Notes: generated by a model from the sequence alone, not told the origin. DNA of 64,000 nt from Mobula hypostoma (GCF_963921235.1 NC_086097.1:198712001-198776000); one strand, 5' to 3'. Positions 53,901-64,000 are shown, counted from the first letter of the stretch. Translations and numbers: made by a program.

Positions 53901-56900
53901 TAGCTGCTGCATAATTGAAAGTATTTTTATTTGATCATTACTGTCCCCTCAGTATCTGAAAATAGAAATATTAGATAAATCCTGAACAATATTAGAAGCC
54001 CTCCAGAGATACATTATAGAGGAAAAAGTAGAGAGAATAAACCGGGACAGAATTTGGAATACCATACTTCCAAAAAGGAACAAGCTGTAAACTTGTTTAT
54101 GATGGCTACTTAATTTTTCAAAGTAGCCACATATTATAATCGCTTACCGTAATATTGGCATAGTGACCTCCCGTATGCAAAACGTTATTTACTTACCAAA
54201 GATTTGGTAAATAAGAGCACTTGAACACTTGTCTCATGAGAGGTTTTTTTTAAATACACTATTTGTTTCTGGGCTCTTACAGATGACTTTCTAGATGTGG
54301 TGCAGAGGGCAGTAAAAACTGGAGTTCAGAAGGTAAGCAAAATTCTGCTAAATGTTGAAGAAGAAGAACTTTTAAAATTTTTGTTTAAAGTTCTGTTTGT
54401 ATGCTGTTCAGATATTAGGAGATTAAGACTGAATTGCCAGATTACTTTATAACATTAAATCAAATCCTAAATTCATGGCATGCATAGCAGCAAAATTGAT
54501 CCTGCGACTGCTACACGGTTGTTATACTTGCATTACACGCTCAGCTCCAATGAGGGGTCGAGTCAGGAGCATTCATGCTGTGACCCTGTTAATCCGAAAG
54601 GAGACCAATCCTGACATTACGCGCCAGACCAAGTGATCCATTGGGTGGTAAAAGAAGAGATTAACGCAATAGAAAGGAAGGACATAAGCCGGGAAGATGT
54701 GGAATCGATATGGGTAGAGCTGCGTAACACTAAGGGGCAGAAGATGCTGGTGGGAGTTGTGTACAGGCCACCTAACAGTAGTAGTGAGGTTGGAGATGGT
54801 ATTAAACAGGAAATTAGAAATGCAATAAAGGAACAGCAGTTATAATGGGTGACTTCAATCTACATGTAGATTGGGTGAACCAAATTGGTAAAGGTGCTGA
54901 GGAAGAGGATTTCTTGGAATGTATGCGGGATGGTTTTTTGAACCAACATGTCGAGGAACCAACTAGAGAGCAGGCTATTCTGGACTGGGTTTTGAGCAAT
55001 GAGGAAGGGTTAATTAGCGATCTTGTCGTGAGAGGCCCCTTGGGTAAGAGTGACCATAATATGGTGGAATTCTTCATTAATATGGAGAGTGACATAGTTA
55101 ATTCAGAAACAAAGGTTCTGAACTTAAAGAGGGGTAACTTTGAAGGTATGAGACGTGAATTAGCTAAGATAGACTGGCAAATGACACTTAAAGGATTGAC
55201 GGTGGATATGCAATGGCAAGCATTTAAAGGTTGCATGGATGAACTACAACAATTGTTCATCCCAGTTTGGCAAAAGAATAAATCAAGGAAGGTAGTGCAC
55301 CCGTGGCTGACAAGAGAAATTAGGGATAGTATCAATTCCAAAGAAGAAGCATACAAATTAGCCAGAGAAAGTGGCTCACCTGAGGACTGGGAGAAATTCA
55401 GAGTTCAGCAGAGGAGGACAAAGGGCTTAATTAGGAAGGGGAAAAAAGATTATGAGAGAAAACTGGCAGGGAACATAAAAACGGACTGTAAAAGCTTTTA
55501 TAGATATGTAAAAAGGAAAAGACTGGTAAAGACAAATGTGGGTCCCCTGCAGACAGAAATAGGTGAATTGATTATGGGGAGCAAGGACATGGCAGACCAA
55601 TTGAATAATTACTTTGGTTCTGTCTTCACTAAGGAGGACATAAATAATCTTCCAGAAATAGTAGGGGACAGAGGGTCCAGTGAGATGGAGGAACTGAGCG
55701 AAATACATGTTAGTAGGGAAGTGGTGTTAGGTAAATTGAGGGGATTGAAGGCAGATAAATCCCCAGGGCCAGATGGTCTGCATCCTAGAGTGCTTAAGGA
55801 AGTAGCCCAAGAAATAGTGGATGCATTAGTGATAATTTTTCAAAACTCGTTAGATTCTGGACTAGTTCCTGAGGATTGGAGGGTGGCTAATGTAACTCCA
55901 CTTTTTAAAAAAAGAGGGAGAGAGAAACCGGGGAATTATAGACCGGTTAGCCTAACGTCGGTGATGGGGAAACTGCTGGAGTCAGTTATCAAGGATGTGA
56001 TAACAGCACATTTGGAAAGCGGTGAAATCATCGGACAAAGTCAGCATGGATTTGTGAAAGGAAAATCATGTCTAACGAATCTCATAGAATTTTTTGAGGA
56101 TGTAACTAGTAGAGTGGATAGGGGAGAACCAGTGGATGTGGTATATTTGGATTTTCAAAAGGCTTTTGACAAGGTCCCACACAGGAGATTAGTGTGCAAA
56201 CTTAAAGCACACGGTGTTGGGGGTAAGGTATTGGTGTGGGTGGAGAATTGGTTAGCAGACAGGAAGCAAAGAGTGGGAATAAACGGGACCTTTTCAGAAT
56301 GGCAGGCGGTGACTAGTGGGGTACCGCAAGGCTCAGTGCTGGGACCCCAGTTGTTTACAATATATATTAATGACATGGATGAGGGAATTAAATGCAGCAT
56401 CTCCAAGTTTGCGGATGACACGAAGCTGGGTGGCAGTGTTAGCTGTGAGGAGGATGCTAGGAGGATGCAGGGTGACTTGGATAGGTTGGGTGAGTGGGCA
56501 AATTCATGGCAGATGCAATTTAATGTGGATAAATGTGAAGTTATCCACTTTGGTGGCAAAAATAGGAAAACAGATTATTATCTGAACAGTGGCCGATTAG
56601 GAAAAGGGGAGGTGCAACGAGACCTGGGTGTCATTATACATCAGTCATTGAAAGTGGGCATGCAGGTACAGCAGGCGGTGAAAAAGGCGAATGGTATGCT
56701 GGCATTTATAGCGAGAGGATTCGAGTACAGGAGCAGGGAGGTACTACTGCAGTTGTACAAGGCCTTGGTGAGACCACACCTGGAGTATTGTATGCAGTTT
56801 TGGTCCCCTAATCTGAGGAAAGACACCCTTGCCATAGAGGGAGTACAAAGAAGGTTCACTAGATTGATTCCTGGGATGGCAGGACTTTCATATGAAGAAA

Positions 56901-59900
56901 GACTGGATGAACTGGGCTTGTACTCGTTGGAATTTAGAAGATTGAGGGGGGATCTGATTGAAACGTATAAAATCCTAAAGGGATTGGACAGGCTAGATGC
57001 AGGAAGATTGTTCCCGATGTTGGGGAAGTCCAGAACGAGGGGCCACAGTTTGAGGATAGAGGGGAAGCCTTTTAGTACCGAGATTATTAAAAACTTCTTC
57101 ACACAGAGAGTGGTGAATCTGTGGAATTCTCTGCCACAGGAAACAGTTGAGGCCAGTTCATTGGCTATATTTAAGAGGGAGTTAGATATGGCCCTTGTGG
57201 TTACAGGGGTCAGGGGGTATGGAGGGAAGGCTGGGGCGGGGTTCTGAGTTGGATGATCAGCCATGATCATAATAAATGGCGGTGCAGGCTCGAAGGGCCA
57301 AATGGCCTACTCCTGCACCTATTTTCTATGTTTCTATGTTTCTAAAAGGATAAACCCTCGGCCCACTGGAAATCATGAAAATCGTTAGCCACAACATCGG
57401 AGGCTTCAGCCACTGTAAAGCAGAAATTCTGACAAACTTAAAACCGGACATCTTGTGCATACAAGAAACTCATAGGCTGAACAACCAACCCTATGTGCCA
57501 GGAATGCACTTGGCTATTGACACCCCTAGTCAAATTTATGGAAGTGCAATCTTTGTTTAAGATAAATCTGTTAGCAATGAACACAGCAAACATCCAAGCT
57601 GGCTCAATGGAACTTCTGAAAGTTGAAACAAAACACATAAATATTATCTCGGTCTACAAGCCCCCTAATGAGCCATTCATGTGGCCACCTAACCTAGATC
57701 TCCAGGACAAAATGTACCTCATTATTGGTGACTTTAATAGCCATAGCGCCAACTGGGGATACGAAGATGACGATGCAAATGGAGAAGAAGTTGTATCATG
57801 GGTTCTCAACAACAGCCTTGAGCTACTATATGAGTCAAAGGACACCCCTACCTTCACAAGTGACAGATGGAGAAAAGGATACAACCCAGACCTTGCCTTT
57901 GTTACCCCGGCAAGCTCCAACCTCTTCACACGAACAGTCCTCCAACATATACCCAAATCCCAACACTGCCCAGTCCAGGTAGAATCCGTTACAGTTCTGA
58001 GACCTGTACCATCAATGTACCTACCAAGATTTAACTTGAGAAAAGCGAATTGGACATCTTTCGCAGAATCCCTTGTTCAACTTATCGATACCATACCACC
58101 AGAACCTGATCGTTATGATGAATTTGTCCAACTAATCTGGAAAGTAGTGCAGCAGAACATACCTAGAGGCTGCAGAACCAAATATATTCATGGATTGACT
58201 AGTGATATCAAGCAGAGTTATCATGAGTATGTCAACTTACATGACCAAGACCCGTTTGGTCAGGACATAATTGAAATGGGAGGGTCAGTTCTGTCTCTAC
58301 TGAGCCAAGAGAGATAACAGCGTTGGCAGGAACTTATAGAAAACACGGACATGACCAAGAATAGTAAGAAGGCATGGGCAACTGTTCGGAAACTCAACTC
58401 AGACAATAGACCACCACAGAGAATTGCTGCCGTAACACCCAATCAGGTTGCCCACCAACTAATACTAAATCGTCGACCAAATAACGAGGAACGGAGGCAA
58501 AAGAAAAAACATCAGGAGATGGAGTCAGCTCTCTCAAATGGGAATAACAATTTCCTACCTCTCACCCTAGAAGAATTAAAGGATGAAGTATCACAGCTAA
58601 AATCCAACAAAGCTGCTGGCATAGATGGGATTCTTAATGAATTCCTTAAACATCTTGGACCTAAAGCACTCCACTGGCTTCTGTCCCTTTTTAACTGTTG
58701 CCTAAGATAATTAAAAATACCTCAAAAGTGGAGAAGAGCCAAAGTTGTTGCTCTCCTAAAACCCAATAAAGACCCAACATTCCTAAAAATTACAGACCGA
58801 TTTCCTTGCTCTGCACCCTCTATATACTCTACGAGAGACTTATATTGAAAAGAATATCCCCCTTAGTCGAAGATCTTCTAACACCAGACCAAGTCCTGAA
58901 CTTAACCCAATATATTGAGGATGGCTTTGAAATGTGACAAGTTACAGGGGCAGTATTCGTTGACTTAACAGCAGCATACGACACTGAATCACAGAGGCCT
59001 TCTACTGAAATTATCAAAAATGTTAAAGAACGAAACCACAGTCAAAGTATTAAGAAGCCTCCTAGAAAATCGTAGATTTTATGTAGAAATAAATGGAATT
59101 AAGAGTAGGTCTCATCCACAAAAGAACAGACTACCACAGGGATCAGTCCTGGCACCTCTACTATTTAATGTTTACACAAACACCAGCTAACCTTTCCTAA
59201 CACATGCAGGTTTACCTATGCAGACTATCTATGCATAGCAACACAAGCTAACTCCTTTCAAGAAGTTGAAGTACGACTTACAGCAGTCCTCGAAACAATG
59301 AAGCAGTATTATGAAAAATGGTCTCTGAACCCAAATCCATCAAAAACTCAAGTGTGTGCATTCCGAGGAATCGAGAAGCAGCTAGGAAACTCAAGATCTT
59401 CTGGTGTGGGAAAGAGTTTGAACACCATCCGACTCCAGTTTACCTGGGCGTGACACTGGATAGGTCGCTCTCATTTGCCACTCACATCCAAAAAATACGA
59501 GAGAAAGTTGGCTCTCGCAATTCTCTCTTGACAAAATTGGCAGGCATGAAATGGGGAGCTAATGCTCACACACTTAGATCAACTGCCCTAGCACTCTGCT
59601 GTGCACTTGTGTGGGGCAGATCAGCACATGCGAAGAAAATAGACCCTTTGCTTAACGAAGCCTGCCGAATAATCACGGGCACACTGCACCCCACACCCAC
59701 GAACATCATTTACAGACTTGCAGACATTGCTCCCCCAGAGATTCGAAGGGACACTACAACAACAATTGAAAAAGGTAAACAGAACTGGGATCCACGGCAC
59801 CCACTACATCATCATGTGCCAGTTTCCAACTTCCTGAAATCGAGGAAAAGCTTTGCTACAGTGGAGGAACTACCGCACGGAACATCCTCCCAAACATATA

Positions 59901-62788
59901 GGGTTGACCTCTGGCAACAAACAGAAGCCAGAACCCCACCAAACAATACAGTGCAAGACCCCACAGAAATGTTGCCAGACAGGGCACTGCTTGATAGACA
60001 GAAGTGGTGCACTCTCAACAGAGTGAGAGCGGGAGTTTGTAGGTTGGGAGACAATATGGTGAAGTGGGGTTTAAAGACCAGCGAATCCTGTGAGTGTGGT
60101 GAAAGGGTGCAGAACATGAAGACATTCTGCGCAACTGCCCACTCTCACTTGATTTAGCTGACACTGACCTGCTCAACATCAACCAAACAACACGAGTGGC
60201 TGGCTGTCTGGTGTGACAAGCTGTGGTGATGAGCTTCAATGAAATGATTGTTCCAAAGATTTGAATCCTTTATTCCATCCTGTATGAAGGGTGATTGATA
60301 AGTTCGTGGCCTAAGGTAGAAGGAGTCAATTTTAGAAAACCTAGCATATTTATTTTTCAACATAGTCCCCTCCTACATTTACACACTTAGTCCAGCGGTC
60401 GTGGAGCATATGGATCGCTTCTTTGTAGAAGTCGGCGTCTTGGACCTCCAGAAAGTGGTCCACAGCAGGGGTGAGGTGGCCTAAGGTAGAAGGAGATGAG
60501 TTATACAGCTCTCGTTACATGCACGTGCAGTTCGACTCTTTGAGTGATTATGCAGAAAGTTTGAAGTCAATAACTCATCTCCTTCTACCCTAGGCCACAA
60601 ACTTATCAATCACCCCTGCTGTGTTTCTCCTGCAACTTAAGTTACTGCTTCTTTCTCTGAAGTTCTTCCTGGTTTCCCCAAAGCTGCTCCTCCTTTTCTT
60701 CCAATGCATGTTTGTCCCTCAATATTTATTGTCTCGTGTATAACTCGGCTAGATCAGCCTCCATTCTAATGCATGCCAATGAGGTATCAGATGCATGAGT
60801 CATTCTGCTAGAAATAGAACATGCTGTATGCACATTAGATACACTGTCGTCATTCTGTAACTCATCAGCTTTAGACGTAGTCACAGCCTGTTCTCAGGCT
60901 TTATAAATATTTTAATTTCCTCAAATAAACTGGCCTTCAACATTGTATGTTTGTTTAGTTTCTTAGTCTTGGCATCAAGGGCACTGCTTCCAGCTGAACT
61001 CATATTATTTTCCAAATGCACAAACCAGACAAAACAAAGGCAAATTCAATTCTGCCTTTAACAATGGAAGCAATCCAATTCTTAAGATTTTCAACAGAAC
61101 CAAGTAGTTGAACACTTCAGGCAAACACCACTATACAGTTTTTCAGTCCAACTTAGTTTGACACAACAATGCTGACTATTCAAAGCTGTTTTAAACCCAA
61201 ACACACAGCATGAATCAACAAAATGTAGTTACTTGCCACAAACTACTCCAGGCTGCAGTGCTTATAATTGCATGGACATGTCCGTATTCTTAGTGTTCAT
61301 TAAGTATAACTGTCGAAAACTTTTGCTAATAAAAAGATTGAGACAAAGAAAACTTCTGCTGACAGAATGCAGCAGCAAAACCAAACGAAAACAATTGCCA
61401 CTAGCCTGCGACTGCTACGGAGTTTTTGTACTTGCATGACCCGCCCCCCAGCTCCAATAATTGTTCCAAAGAGTCATCCTTTATTTGATCCTTTATTAGT
61501 AAACATGCAATTTTGAAGCAATGAACTTAGATGTACCCAAATGTGAGCTAAACATGATTCAGCGTTGTGTTATTTCAGCAGTCAGCAAAAGATACAACTT
61601 CAGCCGGTCCCATGCTATAAAGTGCCGTGAAATAAGCAAGAATACGCAACTTATTGCCTTAGTTTCTACCATGCACCCACTGATGTGACTAGTTACCATA
61701 ATAAACATAATAAATGAGCAGAAATAAAGCAGAAAATTTGTGGGCAGAACTGAAAAAGCGTGTGCGAGCAAGGAGGCCTACAAACCTGACTCAGTTACAC
61801 CAGTTCTGTCTGGAGGAATGGAACAAAATTCCAGAAACTTACTGTGAGAAGCTTGTGGAAGGCTACCCAAAACATTTGACCCAAGTTAAACAATTTAAAG
61901 GCAATGCTACCAAATACTAACAAAGTGCATGTAAACTTCTGACCCACTGGGAAAATGATGAAAGAAATAAAAGCTGAAATAAATCCTTCTCTCTACTATT
62001 GTTCTGACATTTCACATTCTTAAAATAAAATAGTGACCCTAACTGACCTAAGACAGGGAATGTTTTCTAGAATTAAATGTCAGGAATTGTGAAAAACTGA
62101 GTTTAAATGTATTTGGCTACGGTGTATGTAAACTTCTGACTTCAACTATATATACATTTAAGGTTTGTCTTGCCTAATGATTTGTTTTAATTTTCAGTTC
62201 ATGATTACAGGAGGCAGTTTGCAAGATAGTACAGATGCAGTGGAGCTGGCAAAGACAAGTGGTAACTTAAAATTTATTCTGCCTTACTATTTCTTTTGGA
62301 AAATGTGCTGTACAGCTACAGGAGTAGCTGCATTTATCTTGTTAATTCCAGCCATTAACTTGCTCATCACTAGGGAGTGTAAGCTATGTATACACAGTCT
62401 GTCTGTTGCCATGATAAATGGTTGGTGCAAGTACACTGACAATTTCTTTTTCATTTTGCTGGTTCAAAGATATTTTCTACAGTACAGTTGGCTGTCACCC
62501 CACACGGTGTGGTGAATTTGAGCAGAATAACCCAGAGCAGTATTTGAGTGACCTGAAAACATTGGCCACAGAAAACAAACGGAAAGTAGTGGCCATTGGC
62601 GAGTGTGGCTTGGGTAAGTTTAACTAAAAATAAAATCAAGTGATAATTTTGGTCTATTTTGTAATGGAAATAACCATTTAATAGCTTCTGTAAATAGACT
62701 ATGACAGAAGACTTTTGAATGATTGTTGTATTTTAATTTTCATAGATTTTGACAGATTGGAATTCTGTCCAAAAGAGATACAGTTAAA
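29695..62788 (+). CDS. TATDN1: TATDN1 (TatD DNase domain-containing 1), spliced CDS, exons 1-6; 3' part lies beyond the window
   Basis: Joined exons translate in frame: [130 protein letters not shown]. This matches the vertebrate TATDN1 N-terminus as I recall it; all introns are GT-AG. Confidence 0.96.
32020..33055 (-). mobile_element. Rex/Babar LINE RT fragment
   Basis: [46 protein letters not shown]. Confidence 0.88.
33628..34362 (+). mobile_element. Non-autonomous LINE-derived retroposon
   Basis: 5' AAAATGGCGG; Rex-like 3' UTR ending in (ACTTGA)2. Confidence 0.5.
34965..35270 (-). mobile_element. Penelope-like 3' fragment
   Basis: Terminal repeat plus purine-rich segment homologous to 37207..37520; hammerhead core degenerate. 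Confidence 0.65.
35595..37206 (-). mobile_element. Full-length Tc1 DNA transposon (IR/DR type) with a disrupted DD34E transposase
   Basis: TIRs CAGTGGCATGCAAAAGTTTGGGCACCCC / GGGGTGCCCAAAATTTTGGATGCCACTG+TA; internal direct repeats; ORF pieces with [26 protein letters not shown]. Confidence 0.93.
37207..37760 (-). mobile_element. Penelope-like element remnant (GIY-YIG C-terminus); its terminal repeat is split by the Tc1
   Basis: [11 protein letters not shown] and [16 protein letters not shown] resemble the PLE endonuclease C-terminus; left piece at ~35560..35594. Confidence 0.75.
39521..39801 (-). mobile_element. tRNA-derived SINE
   Basis: Minus-strand A box TGGCACAATG and B box GTTCGAAA; 14-bp TSD GAAA(G/A)ATCATTTCT at 39507..39520 and 39802..39815. 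Confidence 0.8.
40027..41780 (-). mobile_element. Young 5'-truncated Rex/Babar LINE with a 381-aa open RT segment (40282..41427)
   Basis: [36 protein letters not shown]; (TATACTT)n-like tail. Confidence 0.92.
42358..43213 (+). mobile_element. hAT/Charlie (Buster-type) deletion derivative
   Basis: 8-bp TSD GACTAGAT (42350..42357 and 43214..43221); right [43 protein letters not shown] hAT C-terminal domain. Confidence 0.92.
43433..44503. mobile_element. Non-autonomous Tc1/mariner (Tigger-like) element containing a SINE at ~43526..43750
   Basis: TA-flanked TIRs CAATGGATTCTGATTAATTGGG / CCCAATTAATCGGAATCCACTG. Confidence 0.75.
44932..44997 (+). CDS. TATDN1: TATDN1 coding exon 2
   Basis: Pyrimidine tract + AG; (D)[27 protein letters not shown] donor; 66 nt. 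Confidence 0.96.
45625..47755 (-). mobile_element. LTR retroelement/endogenous retrovirus remnant: 5' LTR (47356..47755), PBS, disrupted gag, protease
   Basis: LTR TGTT...AACA; two CCHC knuckles ([28 protein letters not shown]); aspartic protease LVDTGASVS. Confidence 0.88.
47336..47353 (-). promoter_or_regulatory. Primer-binding site complementary to tRNA-Leu
   Basis: TGGTGTCAGGAGTGGGAT, 2 nt after the LTR end; complementary to the 3' 18 nt of tRNA-Leu(CAG) as recalled. Confidence 0.85.
48470..52690 (+). mobile_element. Degraded Rex/Babar LINE interrupted by a CR1
   Basis: Endonuclease-region remnants at ~48500..49440; RT remnants [18 protein letters not shown] at 51284..51541 and the 3' end near 52680. 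Confidence 0.7.
49520..51105 (+). mobile_element. CR1 LINE RT/3' fragment
   Basis: [46 protein letters not shown]. Confidence 0.88.
53182..53362. repeat. Penelope-derived palindrome: 83-bp arms (53182..53264, 53280..53362) with 2 mismatches and a 15-nt loop
   Basis: Direct reverse-complement comparison. Confidence 0.93.
53265..53300 (+). ncRNA. Minimal type I hammerhead ribozyme (Penelope-type)
   Basis: Stem I AGTC/GACT; CTGACGA core; stem II AGG/CCT; GAAA-C-GTC cleavage triplet. Confidence 0.75.
54283..54332 (+). CDS. TATDN1: TATDN1 coding exon 3
   Basis: ttacAG acceptor; (D)[22 protein letters not shown] donor; 50 nt. Confidence 0.95.
54554..54615 (+). ncRNA. HDV-like (CPEB3-type) self-cleaving ribozyme at the 5' end of a Vingi-like LINE
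   Basis: P1 GGGGTC/GACCCT (G.U first pair); P2 GTCAGGA/TCCTGAC; P3 GCA/TGT with L3 TTCATGC; GT; P4 TCC-GAAA-GGA; J4/2 CCAA. Starts exactly at the TSD boundary. Confidence 0.8.
54645..57343 (+). mobile_element. Young 5'-truncated CR1 LINE
   Basis: 800-aa open frame; (TTTCTATG)n tail; TAAAAG at both junctions. Confidence 0.95.
54845..57247 (+). CDS. CR1 ORF2 remnant (partial endonuclease + complete reverse transcriptase), 800 aa
   Basis: [45 protein letters not shown]. Confidence 0.85.
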   Translation: MGDFNLHVDWVNQIGKGAEEEDFLECMRDGFLNQHVEEPTREQAILDWVLSNEEGLISDLVVRGPLGKSDHNMVEFFINMESDIVNSETKVLNLKRGNFEGMRRELAKIDWQMTLKGLTVDMQWQAFKGCMDELQQLFIPVWQKNKSRKVVHPWLTREIRDSINSKEEAYKLARESGSPEDWEKFRVQQRRTKGLIRKGKKDYERKLAGNIKTDCKSFYRYVKRKRLVKTNVGPLQTEIGELIMGSKDMADQLNNYFGSVFTKEDINNLPEIVGDRGSSEMEELSEIHVSREVVLGKLRGLKADKSPGPDGLHPRVLKEVAQEIVDALVIIFQNSLDSGLVPEDWRVANVTPLFKKRGREKPGNYRPVSLTSVMGKLLESVIKDVITAHLESGEIIGQSQHGFVKGKSCLTNLIEFFEDVTSRVDRGEPVDVVYLDFQKAFDKVPHRRLVCKLKAHGVGGKVLVWVENWLADRKQRVGINGTFSEWQAVTSGVPQGSVLGPQLFTIYINDMDEGIKCSISKFADDTKLGGSVSCEEDARRMQGDLDRLGEWANSWQMQFNVDKCEVIHFGGKNRKTDYYLNSGRLGKGEVQRDLGVIIHQSLKVGMQVQQAVKKANGMLAFIARGFEYRSREVLLQLYKALVRPHLEYCMQFWSPNLRKDTLAIEGVQRRFTRLIPGMAGLSYEERLDELGLYSLEFRRLRGDLIETYKILKGLDRLDAGRLFPMLGKSRTRGHSLRIEGKPFSTEIIKNFFTQRVVNLWNSLPQETVEASSLAIFKRELDMALVVTGVRGYGGKAGAGF
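60285..60620. mobile_element. Mariner-like MITE with inverted ends
   Basis: GGGTGATTGATAAGTTCGTGGCCTAAGGTAGAAGGAG is matched in reverse at ~60578..60617; an internal third copy is present. Confidence 0.65.
61731..62148 (+). mobile_element. Sleeping Beauty/Tss-like Tc1 3' fragment (transposase C-terminus + right IR/DR)
   Basis: [56 protein letters not shown] with two TGTAAACTTCTGAC repeats, ending ACTTCAACT. Confidence 0.9.
62198..62261 (+). CDS. TATDN1: TATDN1 coding exon 4
   Basis: ttttcAG acceptor; [26 protein letters not shown] donor; 64 nt. Confidence 0.96.
62470..62613 (+). CDS. TATDN1: TATDN1 coding exon 5
   Basis: Encodes [10 protein letters not shown] and the TatD motif [15 protein letters not shown] donor; 144 nt. 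Confidence 0.96.
62746..62788 (+). CDS. TATDN1: TATDN1 coding exon 6
   Basis: catAG acceptor; (D)[13 protein letters not shown](K); GTAAGT donor; 43 nt. Confidence 0.95.
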
Positions 62789-64000
62789 GTAAGTATTCTT
62801 TTTTTGTTTGAACCACATCCAGTGATATCTTGTTCTCAGCCCTCCCCAGTTTTCTTTCTAAGTCATTAAAACACGTATTAATGGCTAGGAACAATCTTCA
62901 CCCAGAAAAGATGAGAATGAAAAGCAAGCAGTGTTGTTAAATAATCTTTTGCTACTGTTGTACAATATGTCAATGTTACCACAGTGTTTTGTGCTGAAAA
63001 TTACATTTTTTATTGTGAAATGTAAGTTCAATAAATCATGGATAATTCATCAAATTATGTTCCTTGAAATGGTAGTGAGCAAAATCTGTTCATCGAAAAA
63101 TGGTTTGTGGAAATATTTAAACAATTTCTGTTGTGGTTATTTGTAAGTTGTTCTCAAGTGCATTTTATTTTTTGGGTGGAATTAACCAATTGGTCTCAGT
63201 GGGAGGATGTATCCATGGTTCTTTTAGTATGCCATAAGTAGTCTCAGTTGAGTTTTCATTGTTTAAGATTCAATCACTAAGCATTTCTACAACATTGTAC
63301 AGTTGAAAAGCAATATTTTTCTTCTGAATGAAACAAGGAAACAATCATTTCCAGACTGTTCTGTGTCACTCCAGACAATTAACTGGGTATGAACCATCCT
63401 TGTTCCCTTGACTTTCTGCATCACATTGCACAGGACGACGTTATTCCTTTGACAGCATTCCACTGGGATCATTGCAGATCTTGCACCATTTTGTAGAATG
63501 TAGTTGTCTGGCACTCCTGGAACAACTCAGTTTTCCCAACGGTTAAGAAGAAAGGAATTTCCCAATACCACCAGACAATTTGAGCACAGCATACCACTCG
63601 TGCCTCCAGACCACCCATGACCATATTTCCCCCTCATCCTCTTGATCGGTTACCCCTCCATTGCCATCATCATTGATATCAAAATATTGCCAGAATTTCA
63701 AATTTCCCCTCATCACCATCACATTGTTCCCAGTCATAAAAAGGGCCTTGGCCACAGTCCATCCTGAGCTCTGCTTTCATGTGGACACAGCTTATGCATT
63801 TTCAGTGCTGAAGTTTGCAGTGGTCGTGATAGGGATGCAAAAACTGAATTGTTAGTTATGTCCCACTGATAAAGTTATCAAAAACTCCATGGGGACATGT
63901 GGGTCATATACCATTAATCTCTCTTGGCAAGGTTTGTTCAATAATGCCTTTTGATCTGAAATAGTGGTAAGTTTTAAGTGCATTTTGGACAAATTAATTA

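Larger units (their letters stand above)
54554..60231 (+). mobile_element. Full-length but decayed Vingi/Ingi-clade LINE, interrupted in its 5' UTR by a CR1
   Basis: TSD AGCT(C/T)CAATGA at 54543..54553 and 60232..60242; APE ([20 protein letters not shown]), RT ([11 protein letters not shown]), [16 protein letters not shown]-terminal CECG; TGATG tail; no RNase H seen. Confidence 0.85.

Noticed and set aside
54814..57270. Long minus-strand ORFs (180, 134 and 209 aa)
   Set aside because: Antisense shadows of the CR1 ORF2 with no independent protein features
57344..57375. Possible 2A (NPGP) ribosome-skipping motif upstream of the Vingi ORF (AAC CCT CGG CCC)
   Set aside because: Reads NPRP out of frame, or TLGP in frame after a stop; no DxExNPGP even after removing the CR1
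62165..62627. ORFs of 116 aa and 69 aa as standalone genes
   Set aside because: They are read-through of TATDN1 exons 4 and 5 into intron sequence

Overview
This is vertebrate genomic DNA, most likely from a cartilaginous fish; that is inferred from the repeat landscape, not proven. The only host gene I can support is the 5' part of TATDN1 (TatD-family DNase) on the + strand. It has six coding exons with GT-AG boundaries and consistent phases: join(29695..29716, 44932..44997, 54283..54332, 62198..62261, 62470..62613, 62746..62788), and it continues beyond the window. Most of the rest is nested mobile DNA: CR1, Rex/Babar, L1, Nimb/I and Vingi/Ingi LINEs, tRNA-derived SINEs, Penelope-derived palindromes, Tc1/mariner and hAT DNA transposons, solo LTRs and a gag-pro retroviral remnant with a perfect tRNA-Leu primer-binding site. 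Highlights: (1) a predicted HDV/CPEB3-like self-cleaving ribozyme at 54554..54615. It forms the exact, TSD-defined 5' end of a full-length Vingi-like LINE, is separated from its ORF by a young CR1 insertion, and lies in sense orientation 222 nt into TATDN1 intron 3. (2) A minimal Penelope-type hammerhead ribozyme inside an 83-bp hairpin in intron 2. (3) A Sleeping Beauty-like Tc1 fragment, a candidate for horizontal transfer. (4) A recent ~340-bp inverted duplication. Ribozyme activity and all family assignments are predictions made by eye; boundaries of old repeats are approximate.
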